60,000 nt of DNA from Mobula hypostoma (lineage: Eukaryota): positions 12,340,001-12,400,000 of the forward strand of contig NC_086101.1 in the NCBI RefSeq assembly GCF_963921235.1, given 5' to 3'. The notes below the pieces were generated by a model. That model ran no database searches. It was not told where the DNA came from and saw only the letters and a program-made list of their open reading frames with translations. Both the position numbers and the translations under genes were made by a program. Below are positions 13,301 to 28,300 of this stretch, piece by piece. Positions within the stretch are counted from its first letter, which is position 1. Each line of letters starts with the position of its first letter.

Positions 13301-16300
13301 TCCGCACAGCTTTGTGGGCCAAAGGGCCTGTGTTGTGCTGTAGGTTTTCTATGTTTCTATGTAATAAAGCTAATCTCTGTCATTAAAACACTACCTCCCA
13401 GGAGCCCAAAGACCAACTCCTTCACCATCCTGGCTACCTGTGATGCCACTTTCAGGGAGGTGAGCACTTATAGTCCTAGGCTCTTCAGTTCTACAATGAT
13501 TCCTAGTGCCCTACCGTTCACTGTGCAAGTCGTACCCTGGTTTGACTTCCTAAAATGCGAAACTTTGCCCTTATCTGAATTGCACACCATTTGCCATTCC
13601 TCAGCACATACCCAGCTGATCAAGGTCCCCCCGTAATATTTGACAACCATCTTCACTGTCTGTGATGCCACCCAGTTTAGTGTCACCAGCAATACTCCTG
13701 ACCATGCATTGTACATTTTCATTCATTTAGTTTACAGAAATGCCTACGTGCAAAAGGCACAGCTGGCGGGACACCACTAGTCACAGGAGTAGGAAAGCCA
13801 TTAAGTTAATAAAAACATGCCAGACCTCTCCAGTGCTTTCAGCACCTGCAATATTTAATTTCCTTTCCTCTGACCTGAAGGAATACTGTCCTTGAAGGTA
13901 CCTGCTCTCCATTTGGGCAGCTCTCCTCTCGGCCCTTTCTGGGTCCTGACCTTCACTGCTCAACTTACACTCAGTGGCCACTTCATTAGGTACACCTACT
14001 TGTAGATGCAAATGTTTGATCAGCCAATCATGTGGCAGCAACTCAGTGTGTAAAAGCACGCAGACATGGTCAAGAGGTTCAGCTGTTGTTCAGACCAAAC
14101 ATCAGAATGGGGAAGAAATGAGATCCAGGTGCCTTTGGCCAAGGAATGGTTGTTGGTAACAGACAAGGTTGTATCTCAGAAACTGCTGCTCTCCTGGGAT
14201 TTTCATGCACCACAGGTCTCTGGTGTTTACAGAGAGTGGTATGCAGTTTAAAAAAAAATCCAGTGAGCGGCAGTTCTGTGGGTAAAAAGATGAGAGAGGT
14301 CAGAGGAGAATGGCAGACTGGTTCAAGGTTACAGTAACTCAAATAAGCTCAAGTTACTAAAGCAGTGCGCAGAATAACGTCTCTGAAAGCACAACGTGTC
14401 TAACCTTGAAATGGATGGGCTGCAGCAGCAGAAGACCACAAACATACACCCAGTGGACACTTTATTAGGCACGGCAGCCACTGAATGTATGTTTAGTATC
14501 TGATGCTATATGCCCGTGATGCTGTTGCATCCCATTCCCTCCTCCCTCCCCACAAAAAAAATTTAAAAAGCTACACTTGTAATTGTAAACCACTTGGGAA
14601 CGTTTATTGCTTCCTCACAAGACGAAGAAATTCTGTACGTGGACCAATGGACCCTCACCAATTTCTAATCGATGCACTACATATAGCATTCTATCCTGAC
14701 GCATTGAAGCTTTGTAGGGTATCTGCTCTCCCAAAGGCGGCAAGAAATTGCACAAAATTGTGGCCACAGTTCAGCAGAAACCAGACCCTTGCAATTTCAA
14801 CAATTTTGCTTACACTTCTCACTGCCTCAAAAAAAAACCCAACAAATTCAAAGGTCCCTCCCACTCTCTTCTACCCCCTGCCATCAAGCATGGGATAAAA
14901 AAGCCCGAAAGCACATACCACCAAGGCTGGAGGACAGTCCCTATCCTGCTGTTGAACGACCTCCTGTACAATAAGGAGGGCTCTGGATCTCCCAATCTAC
15001 CTCGTCACGGCCTTGCACCTTGTTGTCGGCCTGCAGTGCAGTTTCTCTGTAACAGTAACACTTGATTCTGCATTCCGTTAGCGCTTTTCCCTTCTACTCC
15101 ACAATTCATGAATGAAAATGATCTGTATGGATGGTGTGCCAAACAGGTACCTTGGTATAAACCAACTGCAATACAAATTAAAAGTTACTCCTTCAGATTG
15201 ATTGCCGCTGCCGGGCATCTTTGAATAGAACGAGAGTTACACCACTGCTGGTGGGGATTTGGAGATCTTCTACAGAATGGCAACTATACTGATCTACTTA
15301 CAGGATTGACCAATAAACACAGAAAAAACAGAAGCGGGGGGAGGAGAGGGACTGTCTGTCTGTTATGAACAAACTTCAATTCTACACCTTGCGCCACAAT
15401 TTTTAGATTCCCTTTCAGACTACATTCTACTTGCCCTGCATAATATCCTGCATTACAAGCTGAGAAAAAGGCTGTAAAAACTACCCAACTGAACTCACAC
15501 CTACAAAGTCACTATTTGTGGCAAGATGGAGCTAAAATTAATTACCTTTTCTGTGTTTCTTTTAGATTCTGCAAAAACAAGAGAAGTTATTGGAATACAA
15601 ATACAAACACAATATTTTTCACGATCAAGCAAAGTCAATGTGGAGGAATTTCGTGTCTCTTTTTTTGATGATTTATTCATTGACAGGACGTAGACATTGC
15701 TGGTACCGACAATATGTATTGTCCACCCCCTGCTGCCCCTGAACTGTGATGATAATTAAAAGCGAGCCACATTAGTGGAGCAGGAGTCATAAACTGGTTC
15801 AGTAAAGCAACTGACATAATCAAAGAACCGTACCACCCCAGACATTCTCTCTTCACTCCCTCCCAACAGGTAGAAGATACTGGCACCAGCTTCAATCTGG
15901 CTGTCACAAGACGAGTGAATGGACTTCTTGTACAATAAGATAGACTTTTGCCTTCACAACCTACCCCGTAATGGCCCTTGATATTTTGTCGTCCGCCTGG
16001 CTGCACTTCCTCTGTACTTAGAACACTATATTCTGTATTGCTATTGCTTTCCCTTGTACTTCCTCAATGCACTTATGTGACAAAATAATCTGTGTGGATG
16101 GCATGCAGAACAAAGTTGATCATTATACCTCAGTATATGCGACAATGAAAAATCAAGTCAGTGGGACTTGCAATAGTGGGTCTGGAATTAAATCTTAGAG
16201 CTGGAGGGCAGATTAGAAGATCAGATGGGCTTTTAAAATGACAGTTCTGTAGCTTTGTGACTACTGTTACTGTAAATTTTCCTCTCTTCAAATTCCAGAT

Positions 16301-19300
16301 CGAGTTAACTATTCAATATTTGGTTCCTCAGCAGCACTGGTGGACGCAAACCTGTTGCATCTGGATCCGTGGTGAATGGTCTGGCTGCTAATACTGGAAC
16401 TTAACCACACTATCATCACACCCCTTGACGAAAACTGCTGCTTCCGAAGAGCAATACAGGCCCTTCAGCACAAACAGTCCATGCACAGCACACTGCCCAC
16501 CCACCTAGTCCCGATTTCCTGCATTTGGCCCGTATCCCTCAAAGTGGACTTATCCGAGTGCTTCTTAAATGTTACGACTGTACCTGCCTCAACCACTTCC
16601 TCTGGCAACTCGTTCCAATACACTCACCACCCTCTTGGAAAAAGCTGCCCCTTAGGTCCCAGGTATTCTTCGACGGTGACTGGAAGAAAGTCTAAGGGAG
16701 GTGTCAGAGGCAAGGTTTTCTTTTCCCTATACTGAGGGTGGCAAGTGTCTGGATCACACTGCCAGGGGAGGTGGTAGACACTGATACGTTAGGGACTCCT
16801 AGGCAAATGAATGAAAGAAAATTAGAGGGTATGGCCTGCGCAGGAGGGAAGTTAGATTGAATGTGGAGTAGGTTAAAAGCTCGCACGACATCGAGGGCAG
16901 AAGAGCCTACACTGCGTTGTAATGTTCTATGTTCCTTTTAAATCTTTCCCCTCTGACCCTAAACCTATACCCCAGACTCTTGGGCTCCCACTACCCTGGA
17001 GTAAAGACCGTTACCAGCCACCTTATCTATGCCTCCCATGATTTTAAACACCCCTCATTCTACGTTCCAAGGAATAAAGACTTGGCTTGGCCGACCTCTC
17101 TCTATAACTCCTGCCCTTTAGCCCTCGGCAGTACCCCGGTAAACCATTTCTGCATGCTTCCCAGTTCAACCGTGTCTTTCTCATTACAGGATAATGAAAT
17201 CCACACACAATTCGTTGTGGTACGCTGCACAAGTTATTCATGGGGACCCGACACACCCTGATATTGCACAAGGAGCACTGAAGAAAGTCAGCGGCTCCCG
17301 CAGCATTTCTGGAGGGAATGGACAAAATGATGCTCCTTTCCTCTACAGGCGGTGCTGCCTGACCTGCTGTTTTATTTTCAGCGCCCCCTTATAATGCCCC
17401 CTGCCAGTGTCTGCAGTCTCTTGTGCGTCCAAGTGCCAAAGTTTATCGTCCACACCTCTTCCCACCTGCTCTGTCAAATCACTCCACCTTCCTCCCTTTT
17501 TGTTCACCTAGATTTCCCTGAGGAGCAGACAGGAAAATGGGGTTGAGAGAGAAGATAAATCAGCCGTGATCAAATGGCAAAGCAGCCTCAGCAGGCTGAG
17601 TAGCCTAATCTTGCTCCTGTGTCTTATGGTTTTACTACATAAACAGCTTTTCCCCCACCCGCACCATTCCTTGCTGGGTTAGAACAGGAAATGCCTTGAG
17701 GAGAGAGATGGACGACCTTTCGTCAGAGAGTCATGACTGACACCTTAACGCCGTTTCTCTTCCCGCATATGCTGCCAGACCTGAGGAGTATCACCAGCAT
17801 TTTGTTTTTTTTTAATTTCAGACTCCAAGCATCTGCAGGTTTTTGTTGTTTTTCCTTCCACATAGGCGGGATGTCAGAGACACGTTTTTTTAAAAAACAC
17901 AGGGTGGTGGGTGCATGAAAGCCACAGCCGGGGGTGCGGGAGAGGCAGATACATCAGGGACATTTACGAGACTCTTAAATGGGCACATGGATGATAGAAG
18001 GATGGAGGGCTACGTAAAAGGGAAGTATTAGAACGGGAAGTATCAGAAAGGCAGCGCCCATTATTAAGGACCTCCAGTACCCAGGGCATGCCCTTTTCTC
18101 ACAGTTACCATCAGGTAGGAGATACAGAAACCTGAAGGCACACACTCAGTGATTCAGGAACAGCTTCTTCCCCTCTGCTGTCCGATTCCTAAATGGACAT
18201 TGATCCCGTGAACACTACTTCACTTTTTAAAAAATATACAGTATTTCTGTTTTTTTCTGCACTTCTTTTAAATCTATTCAATATACATATACTGTAATTG
18301 ATTTACTTACTTATTACCATTTTTATTTTATTTATTTTTTTCTCTTCTAGATTATGTATTGCATTGAACTGCTGCTGCTAAGTTAACAAATTTCACGTCA
18401 CATACCAGTGATAATAAACCTGATTCTGAAGTAGGTTAAAGGGTCAGCTTGGGGACCGAATGTTGTATAATTTATCCCCTTGCAGTCCCTTTCTTCATAC
18501 CCCGTCTCAACTTCCCCCTCACTCCTTCTCCCCGCCCCTCACCTTCTCATTCTGGCTTCTGCCCCCTCCCTTTCCAGTCCTGAATGTCTGACTGTTTATT
18601 CCTCTCCATCGACACTGCCCGACTTGCTGACTTCCTCCAGCGCTTTGTGTGTGTGCGCGTGTCTTACAATTATTGCGAGGGACACGTTAGACTGATCCAG
18701 GATTGGATTAAACTAACCCTCCCCTCTTGATAATTGTAAGGCACGCGCACACACAGCTTTCTCCCCTCACACTGCAGTTATTAGTAATGGCCCTCTTATT
18801 TTAGGTTTCCTCCCAGAAGCTTTACAAGGTGACATGCATACGGAGTTTAATTAGATCCCAGGCAATTGCATCCCCCAGCTGAGAGCTGAGAGGAAAATTG
18901 TAATTCTGTTTGAGTTTGAGTAGTGACTGGCAAAAGGTGGGTGAGCTTCCAGCCGAGCTTCACGAGGAAAAGGGGGAAAATGGAAGCTGAATTACCAGTA
19001 GGAAATCAATGTTGTCCAGTAGGCCCATTTCCTTCTGCACTGCCTTGATGCTGGCGTCCAGCGAAGACAGGTCTTTGGGGATCTGATCGATCTTCTCTTG
19101 CAGCTGGGTGCTCTGCAGGTTCACCTCAGCTTTCAGCTGCTGCAGCAGAGCAGACTCCTCCTTGTAGAGGAAGCTGTGAAGCTGCTCGAAGCTCTCCTTG
19201 ATGCTCTCCATCACATTCTGCATCATGTCCTGGGTGCAAGTAGAAACAGAAATTAATACCAGGATTAGGGGGCATGTGCTATAATCCAGAGGATGGACAA

Positions 19301-22300
19301 ACTTGGGTTGGTTTCTCTGGAGCGGCACAGGCTGGGGGGGGGGGGGGGGGAGATGTGGACCTGATAGAGGTTTAGAAGATTAGAAGAGGCATAGAATCAG
19401 AATTACTATCACATATATTGTGAATTTTGTTATTATGCAGTAGTAGTACTTTGCAATAGATATAGATTTAGATTAGATTATGAGGACACGCAGTCCTCTT
19501 TTATTGTCATTTAGTAATGCATGCATTAAGAAATGATACAATATTTCCTCCGGTGTGATATCACAAAACACAGGACAGACCAAGACTGAAAAAACTAACA
19601 AAACCACATAATTGTAACATATAGTTACAACAGTGCAACAATACCATAACTTGATAAAGAACAGACCATGGCACAGTAAAAAAAAGTTCAAAGTCTCTCA
19701 AATGTCCCACATCTCACGCCGACGGGAGAAGGAAGAAAACTCTCCCTGCCATGCCTGACCACAGTCTGACTCTGAGTCGGCCGAAAACTTCGAGCTCTGT
19801 TCAGCCCTCCGACACCGAGTACCAAGCACCATCTCTATCTGAACGTTTCGACCTCAGCCTCGGTCGCCAGCAGCAGGCAAAGCTGGGGATTTTGGGGCCT
19901 TCCCTCCGGAGATTTTCGATCGCGCGGTAACAACAGCAGCGAACTGGGCATTTCAGAAATTTCTTCAGATGTTCCTCTGCCTCTCACGTCTGTCTTCATC
20001 AAATCAGAATTGTCCATGGCCCCTGTTCAATGGATACGATATAATTTCACCGGAGCGCTGCGCCTGCTGCCATCTTCTCCTCCTTATTTATTATACATGA
20101 TAAAAACTAAATTGCAGTAAGTATACAAATTTAAAAAGTTAAATAAGTAGTGTGAAAAGAGAGAAAAAAGTCGTGAGATAGGGTTCATGGCTTCAATGTC
20201 CATTCAGAAATCTGATGGCAAGGGGAAGAAGCTGTGCCTGGATTGTTGAGTATGTGTCTTCGGGCTTCTGTAGCAGTGAGAAGAGGGCATGTCCTGGGTG
20301 ACGAGGGTCCGTAATGACAGATGCTGCCTTTCTGAGGCATCACTCTGAAGGTGTACTGGATACTGGGGAGGCTAGTGTCCACGGTGGAGCTGAATGAGTT
20401 TGCAACTTCCTGCAGCTTATTTTGATCCTGTGCAGTGGCCCATCCATACCAGAAGGTAATTTAGCCAGATTCTGTAGAAATGCGTGATTATCGTTGGTGA
20501 CATACCAGGTGTCTTCAAACCCCCAATGAAATACAGCCCCTGTCGTACCTGCCTTGTAACTACATCAATATGTTGAGCCCAGGAAAGATTGTCAGAGAGG
20601 TTGACATCCATAGAGCAGACAGTCAGTTTCTTTTTCCCCTTGGCTGAAATTACAGAAGGCATGCATTTAAGGTGAGGGGATCATTTTAAAGGAGATGTGA
20701 GGGGCAAGTTGTTTAATTTTAAAACAGAGTGGTGTGTTGCCACCAGGAATGTGCTGCCTAGAGTAGAGAAAGAGGCAGGTATGTTACAGGCTTTCAAGAG
20801 AAGCTTCGATAGGCACATGAACGTGAGTAAAAGGACAGAGACATTGTGTAGGCACAGGGTGGCCATTTGATTATTAATTTAATCAGATAGGCACAGCATT
20901 GTGGGCTGAGCGGTCCGTTCACGTGCTGTACTGTTCTGTGTTCGATGTCAACGGGGTCAGCAAGGCTCGAGACACACTTGTACTACTGCGTCCCTCACTC
21001 CTTCGGTGCCAGAAGGCAGCAGGCGCTCCTGTGATGCACCCGGGGCTGGTTTACCACGGGTAGTAGACACAGCCTCATCCTTCACGGGCAAGCTCCCCCC
21101 CACCACTCGGCCACATCAGGAGGGGACGCTGCCTCAGGGCAGTGGCACCTCTCATTGAGTGTCTCCGCCATCCAGGCCCTTGCCTTCATTTCACGACTCT
21201 CACCAGGCAGGAGATGCGAAAGCCTGCTCCCACACCGTCGGGTTCAGGAACAGATTCTTCCTTAACTCTGATCACCCGAAAAGGCAGGACCTCCCAGTGG
21301 CCAACCACCATTTCAATTTGACTTCCTGCTCCCACTCCAGCACGTCTGTCTGCAGTCGTCTCTACCTCCTCAACGAGGCCACATTCAGATTAGAGGAGCA
21401 ACACCTCATATTTCACCTGGAGAGCCTCCAACCCTGTTGGTATGAGCATCAGTTTCTCTAACTTCCATTAATTTCTCTCTACCCCCCCCATTCTTCTTAC
21501 CCTGTCACCCCTTCTTTTCTTCTCACCCTATTACCATTCCTCGTTCTCCTTCTTCTACCCTTTCATCCCTGTTCCACTGTCCTCGCTTAGATTCCACCCT
21601 CTTCAGCCCTTTATCTTTTCCATTTAAGTACCTCACAGCTTTCAGACTTTATCCCCCTCTCCCACCCAGCCCTCCACTCACCTGGTCTCACCTAACCCCC
21701 ACCAGCATTTACTCCTTCCCTCCCCCATCTTATTCTGGCTTCTGCCCCCTTCCTCCAGTCCTGATGAAGGGCTACAACTTGAACATCAACCCTTTATTCC
21801 CTTTCTTGGATACTGCCCGACCTCCTCCAGCACTTCGGGTGTATAGCTATCAGGAACGGTCTGACAGACTCAGACTGTTTTCTCAGAGGATGAGGGGTTA
21901 ACTTTATAAATGCATATAAAATTATGAGAGGCACAGAAAGGGTAGGGTCTTTTTCACAAGGTTCAAAATGCCAATTACGAGAAGGCATGCATCTGAGGCA
22001 AGGGTGTGAAAAATTAAAGGAGATTTGCAAGCTTTTGTTTCTTTTCAGGGAGAGGTAGGTGCTTGGAAGAACCTGATGAGGGAGGTGCTGGAAGCTAATA
22101 TGACAGCAACGTTTAAGAGGCATTTTAGACAGAAACATGGAGAGACAGGGAATGGAGTGGGGGGGCGGAATACAGACATTTGCAGAGAGATGGGATTATT
22201 TAAAATGGCATCATGTTTGGTGCAGACATTGTGCTGTTCCTGTGTTGTACTGTTCTACGCTCAGCCTCAGTGGAAGTGAACGTGAAGCCACCTGGTTGAA

Positions 22301-25300
22301 GTTAAAACTCATCAGGAATGACTGGTACCTTTAGGCTGAGTTGAGTGTAGTGTTGGTGCGTGGCCTATTTGCAAGTTGAAAGCCGCTTCACGCTGGCTGT
22401 TGATTGGTGGGTTTATAGACTGCAGCTGTGCTTTCGCATTGATTGGCTTGGGCGCCACGGTTCCAGACCCCTCAGGGGGGTTATAAGAGAAATACGAGCG
22501 AGAGATTCCCAGGGCATGCCTCGCAGAACCATCCGGAAGGTATGCTCTGCACGCTCTTTTAGCTAAATATCTATTTGATGTCCTTCAGCCTTGTAGTTTG
22601 TGTAACTTGGAGGAACTTGTATAGTTGATCAAATTTTTTTTTAGTGATTGTAAATAAATGCTTTCTTGTAGTAAGTGTCTTCTGTCCTACTCATCAAACC
22701 CGTAAGCCTGCTTCTACATCACAGCTGAGCAAGGAGATAGGGCCCCAACTCAACAGCTCATCCAAAAGACCAGCATGGCACCATCAGCACCGACTGCTCT
22801 CCAGTCTCTGGTCACTCAACCTTCCAGTTCAGGACAGACCATCACCAAGTCACATCCCTTGTGTTATCCGTGAGCAGCCTCAATGAGATGGCCTGTGCGG
22901 ACTTTCCCTGAACCAGCTGCTCCTTGAACTGAATTCCACATGCAGCACTACAGACCAGGTCTTGTACTTTCATCGTCTCCTCTCTGGTTATGTTTTTTGT
23001 ACTAATGTCTTCTTTGACACAGGTTTTTTTTTCTACACACCCAGGCACGTGTGTTACCTGTACCTACATACCCGGGGATACGAATTGACAATAAACTGGA
23101 CAGGTCAAAGAACACTGAGGCTGTCTACAAGAAGGGTCAGAGCAGTCTCTATTTCCTGAGGAGACTGAGGTCCTTTAACATCTGCCGGACGATGCTGAGG
23201 ATGTTCTACGAGTCTGTGGTGGCCAGTGCTATCATGTTTGCTGTTGTGTGCTGGGGCAGCAGGCTGAGGGTAGCAGACACCAACAGGATCAACAATCTCA
23301 TTCGTAAGGCCAGTGATGTTGTGGGGATGGAACTGGACTCTCTGACGGTGGTGTCTGAAAAGAGGATGCTGTCTAAGTTGCATGCCATCTTGGTCAATGT
23401 CTCCCATCCACTACATAATGTACTGGTTGGGCACAGGAGTACATTCAGCCAGAGACTCATTCCACCGAGATGCAACACAGAGCGTCATAGGAAGTCATTC
23501 CTGCCTGCGGCCATCAAACTTTACAACTCCCCCCTTGGAGGGACAGACACCCTGAGCCAATAGGCTGGTCCTGGACTTGTTTCCTGGCATAATTTACATA
23601 TTACTATTTAACTATTTATGGTTTTATTACTATTCAATTATTTATGGTGCAACTGTAACAAAAACCAATTTCCCCCGGGATCAATAAAGTATGACTATGA
23701 CCGTTGCAAGGTTTTGCTTTTACAGCGCCTCACCATACCTGCACCTATGACAATAAACTTGACTTAGCTTGGAGTTATCAACCAAATTCATGTTTTTTTG
23801 GTGCAAAGATGCTTTTAAACAATAACATGCTCAAGAGAATTCTGAGCAACACGAGTTCCACGTAAACAAGACAAAGTCACTTACCGAGATATCCTCCAGC
23901 AAACTTTCATACTTGCTTTTTGCCAGCTTGCGTTTATCAATCATGGCTTGCAGTTTAGTCACAGACTTCTGAAGTTGTCCCTAAGTAACAGGATTAAGGC
24001 ACTGTGTATTAGAGGGCATGCAGATGCATGGTGTTCAAACAAAATGTGTTTTTCTTTCCCACTGGAAAAAGGAACTGGGTTAGCCCTGGCGAATGGAACC
24101 CTCCCAGCACTTAGAAATCCTCTCGGTCAAAAGCGTTGAGTTTGTGGATAAAATAAGTGCATTGGATTCATTGTTTGGTTCCACTGAAGTTTTCCACAAG
24201 GACAAGTTCTATTCTGCTGTTATAAAGCTATTGAAAGGACCTCTTGTACGATAAGCTGGAGGCTTGGCCTCAGTCTACCTTGTTTATGGCCTTTCACCCT
24301 AATTATCCATCAGCACTGCACTTCCCCCTGTAGCACTTTGTTCTGCACTGTTATTGTTTTCACCTTGTACAACCCGAATGTCCTGATGTTCTGAAATGAT
24401 CTGTACGGACGGCATGCAAAACAAAGTTTCAGATCCCACCACCACGAACGCACGAGGCTAATTAAACCAGCAAACCGTCCCCGTTTTGGATGGAGAAGGA
24501 AACCAGAATACCCAGGGAAACCTGTGCAGTCACAGGGAGAACAGGCAAACTCTATCCACACACACAACACATGAGGTAGGGGCTGACGCACCTGACAGGC
24601 TGGGGTTCCCATTCACAATTAAACTTCTGTTTGTCCAGCACAGTTAGTCGCACCCATTCCCTACTTTAGGAAAAAGTTTACTGGTTAGTACAACTTCCTC
24701 GCTTGTTCACCACTCTTTTGCTAATATCGCGATGGTGGGGAGCAAGTAAGGAAGTTACACTACTCGCAAATAATTGAATCGCTTCCTCTTATCTTTTGAG
24801 CTCGGCATTCAAATTGTGGCAACATGAAAGAGAAGGAAAAATACTCCTTTTCTTTCCCCTCCTCATCATTCTTCCATGAACAATCCCCACCCTCTGGGCC
24901 ATGCCATGGTATCACAGCTACTTTCTGCAGGAGGTACAGAAGCCTGAAGTCCCACACCACCAGGTCCAGGAACAGCTACTTCCCTTCAACCGTTCAGTTA
25001 CTGAACCAACTGGCACAACCATAATCCCTACCTCAGTGTAGCAACACTACCACCACTTTGCACTGCAATGGACTTGCTTTCTTTGCTCTACTTGTGTTCT
25101 TCCCTTGTAGTTTATGTTTAGTTCAGCTCCGTTTCACTGATTAAAGCAATGAGGAAGACTGAATCATTGAGGCGAACGTGGAGGGTGAGCGCTGGCTGCC
25201 TGCCTTCTGATTGCCGGTGGTTCACTCTGCCACCAGACAGGGCAGCCTGTACGGCCGGCAGCTGTGGCTGAGGACGTTTCCCAGGTTTTGCTACGTTTGG

Positions 25301-28300
25301 ATATGGATGTGGATTTAGACTACCGACTGTGAACTTTTAATCCGTCTTCTGGTTTTTTTATACGAGGGGTGATTGGTAAGTTCGTGGCCTAAGGTAGAAG
25401 GAGTGAATTTTAGAAAACCTAGCGCATTTATTTGTCAACATAGTCCCGTCCTACATGTACACACTTAGTCCAGCGGTCGTGGAGCATACGGATCCCTTCT
25501 TTGTAGAAGAGGTCCATAGCAGGGGTGATTGCTAAGTTTGTGGCCTAAGGTAGAAGGAGATGAGTTATACAGCTCTCGGCCAGTTCAGTGATGAATATCT
25601 GTTATCTGTCAAGTAGGGGACCGTACACAATTCTGATTTGATGGAGACAGATGTGAGAGCATGGAGGAACATCTGGAAAATTTCTGAAATGCCCGTTTCG
25701 CTGCCGCTGCTACTGTGTGGTAACTGGAATCTCCGGAGCTGAAGGCCCTGAATCCTCGGTTTTGCTTGTTTCAGCGGCCGGGGCGAGGTCGAAGGCGCTC
25801 GGTAGAGGATGGCGCTCGGGAGGCTGTATTGGAGAGGCTGGTCGGAAGCTCGGAGTTTTCGGACGGATGGATTCAGTGTCGGCTGTGGTCGGTTGCTTCC
25901 AAGGCATCAGCAAGTTGACGGTGCCTGGAGGTTTATGGCAGGGAGTTTCCCCCTTTTGCCGCCTGCTATCGGGGACTTGGGAGTCGATCGACTCGGGGAC
26001 TTTGAGACTTTTTTTTACCGTTCCCATGGTTTGTTCTTCATCAAATTATGGTATTGTTTTGCACTGCTGTAACTATATGTTATAATTATGTGGTTCTGTC
26101 AATGTTAGCCTTTGGTTTGTCCTGTTTTCTGTGATATCACTCCGGAGAAACATTGTGTCATTTCTTAATGCATGTATGCATTTCTAAATGACAATAAAAA
26201 GAGGACTGAGTGTTCTCATAATCTAATAACTGATCTCCTTCTACCTTAGGCCATGAACTTATCAATCATCCCCTGCTGTGGACCACTCCTGGAGGTCCAA
26301 GACGCTGACTTCTACAAAGAAGGGATCCGTATGCTCCACGACCACTGGACTAAGTGTGTAAATGTAGGAAAAATTAATGTGCTAGGTTTTCTAAAATTGA
26401 CTCCTTTTACCTTAGGCCACGAATTTATCAATTACTCCTGGTATTCTGTATTTTCGCCCGTTCTTTCTCGTTTTATTTAGTGAAGAGAGGGGGATTTGGG
26501 GGCCAATGTCCTTTCTGCGTTTCATGCGGGGTGAGGGGGTTTAAGAGGTCAATGCTCTTGTGTTTTTGTTTGTTTTTGTGTGTGGGGAGAGGGGTATTTG
26601 GGAGTCTATGTTCTTGATGCGTTTCGGCTAGGGGAGGGGGGAGTTGGTGATTGTGTTGCCATTCCCCCCCCCGCCTCAGTTTTCGTGGCTATTTGGAGAA
26701 GAATCTCAGAGTTGTATACTTTGATATAAAGTGAATCTTCGAAATGTAATAGCAGTTCCTGCCATGATAGCATCACCCTCTGTGGGGAAAACTTACCCCT
26801 TAGATTCCTTGTCAATTTTCCCCTTCACACTTTCAACTTGTGTCTTGGGGAAAAGGACAGACTATCACTCTCCTATCTATGCTCCTCATGATCTTATAAA
26901 CCACTACAAGGTCACCCCTCAGCATCCTACGCCCAGGTGAGAATAAATCTTGCCGATCAACTCCCTCCTTACAACATCAGCTTAGAAAATAATAAAAGAA
27001 AGAATTTCATTCCATCATTCGGGTGCAAGAGGGAAGAAGGAAGTCACGCAGTAAAAGAAGCAGGCTCCTTGACACACCCCAATTGAGATGTGTATTCTAA
27101 TTGGTCCGAGTTTGGCCCATATCCCTCTCATGATTATGCCATGGACCAATACCGTCGTGCAAAGTGTCCCTGGACCCCAAGTCTGGGAACCCGACTCGAA
27201 TCCTTTCCTATCCATGTACCTGTCCAAGCGTTTTCCTAAAAATGCAGTCATTGTACTGGTCTCAACTAACTTTCTCTGCTAGCTCATTCCATCCCTGGGT
27301 GAAAAGTTGCCCCCCAGGTTCCCGTTAAATCTCTCCCCTCAGCCTACATCCTGTAGTCCTGGGGGTGGGGTTGTGTGGAGGGGGGGGAAGAAGGGGTGTG
27401 CGAGCTCGGACAGCGTAGCAGTGCAGCTTGGGATGTCAGAGTTTGGAATTCAATCCGGAGCCATCTGTAAGGAGTTTGTATGTTCTCTCCACGACTGTGT
27501 GGGTTTCCTCTGGGTGCTCCAGTTTCCTCCCACAGTCCAAAGACACACCGGTTACTCGATCATTGTAGACTGTCCTGTGATTAGGCTAGTGTTAAACAGC
27601 TCGGTTGCTGGGGGAGTGGCTTATTGGGTCACCAGGGCCTGTTCTGTGCTGTGTTTCTAAACTTTAAAAAATCTGTCTGATTAAGGATTCACCGTTGGCA
27701 AGAGCAATGAGAGCATTAACGGCCAGGAAGGAGACAGAGGTAGGACGAGGACTCCCCGTACCTTGAACTCCTCAGCAGCCTCTTGCACATTGAGGACATC
27801 GTGGTGCAAGTGCTTCCTTGAATCGCGGCAGTCCAGGCAAATCACCTCGCAGTCTGTGACGCAGAAGCGTTCCATTTTCTTCCGGTGCTCCGGGCAGCGG
27901 TGGTGAGGCGGGACAGTCTCCTCCAGCCGCGCCTGCTCCCGGCAGATCGTCGCCACGATGTTCGAGAGCTTGCGGTTTCTCCTCAAGATGCCCTCAAGCG
28001 AGATGTCCCAGCACAGGGCACAGATGTGCTTACCCTGCTCTTCCCAGTGTCTGGTGATGCATTCCCTGCGGACACAGAATTGAGATAAGGTAAAAGATTA
28101 AACTGAAGAGATTCTGCAGAGCACTGAACACAAAATGCTGGGGGAACTCAGCAGGGCAGGCAGCATCCAAGGAGGACAAGAGTCGACATTTTGGGCCAAG
28201 ACCCTTCATCGGGACTGGAAAGGAAGGGGGGGAGGGGAAAGAAGCCAGAAAAAAAGATTGCCATGTGTACATTGAAACGTACAGTGAAATGTGTCATTTG

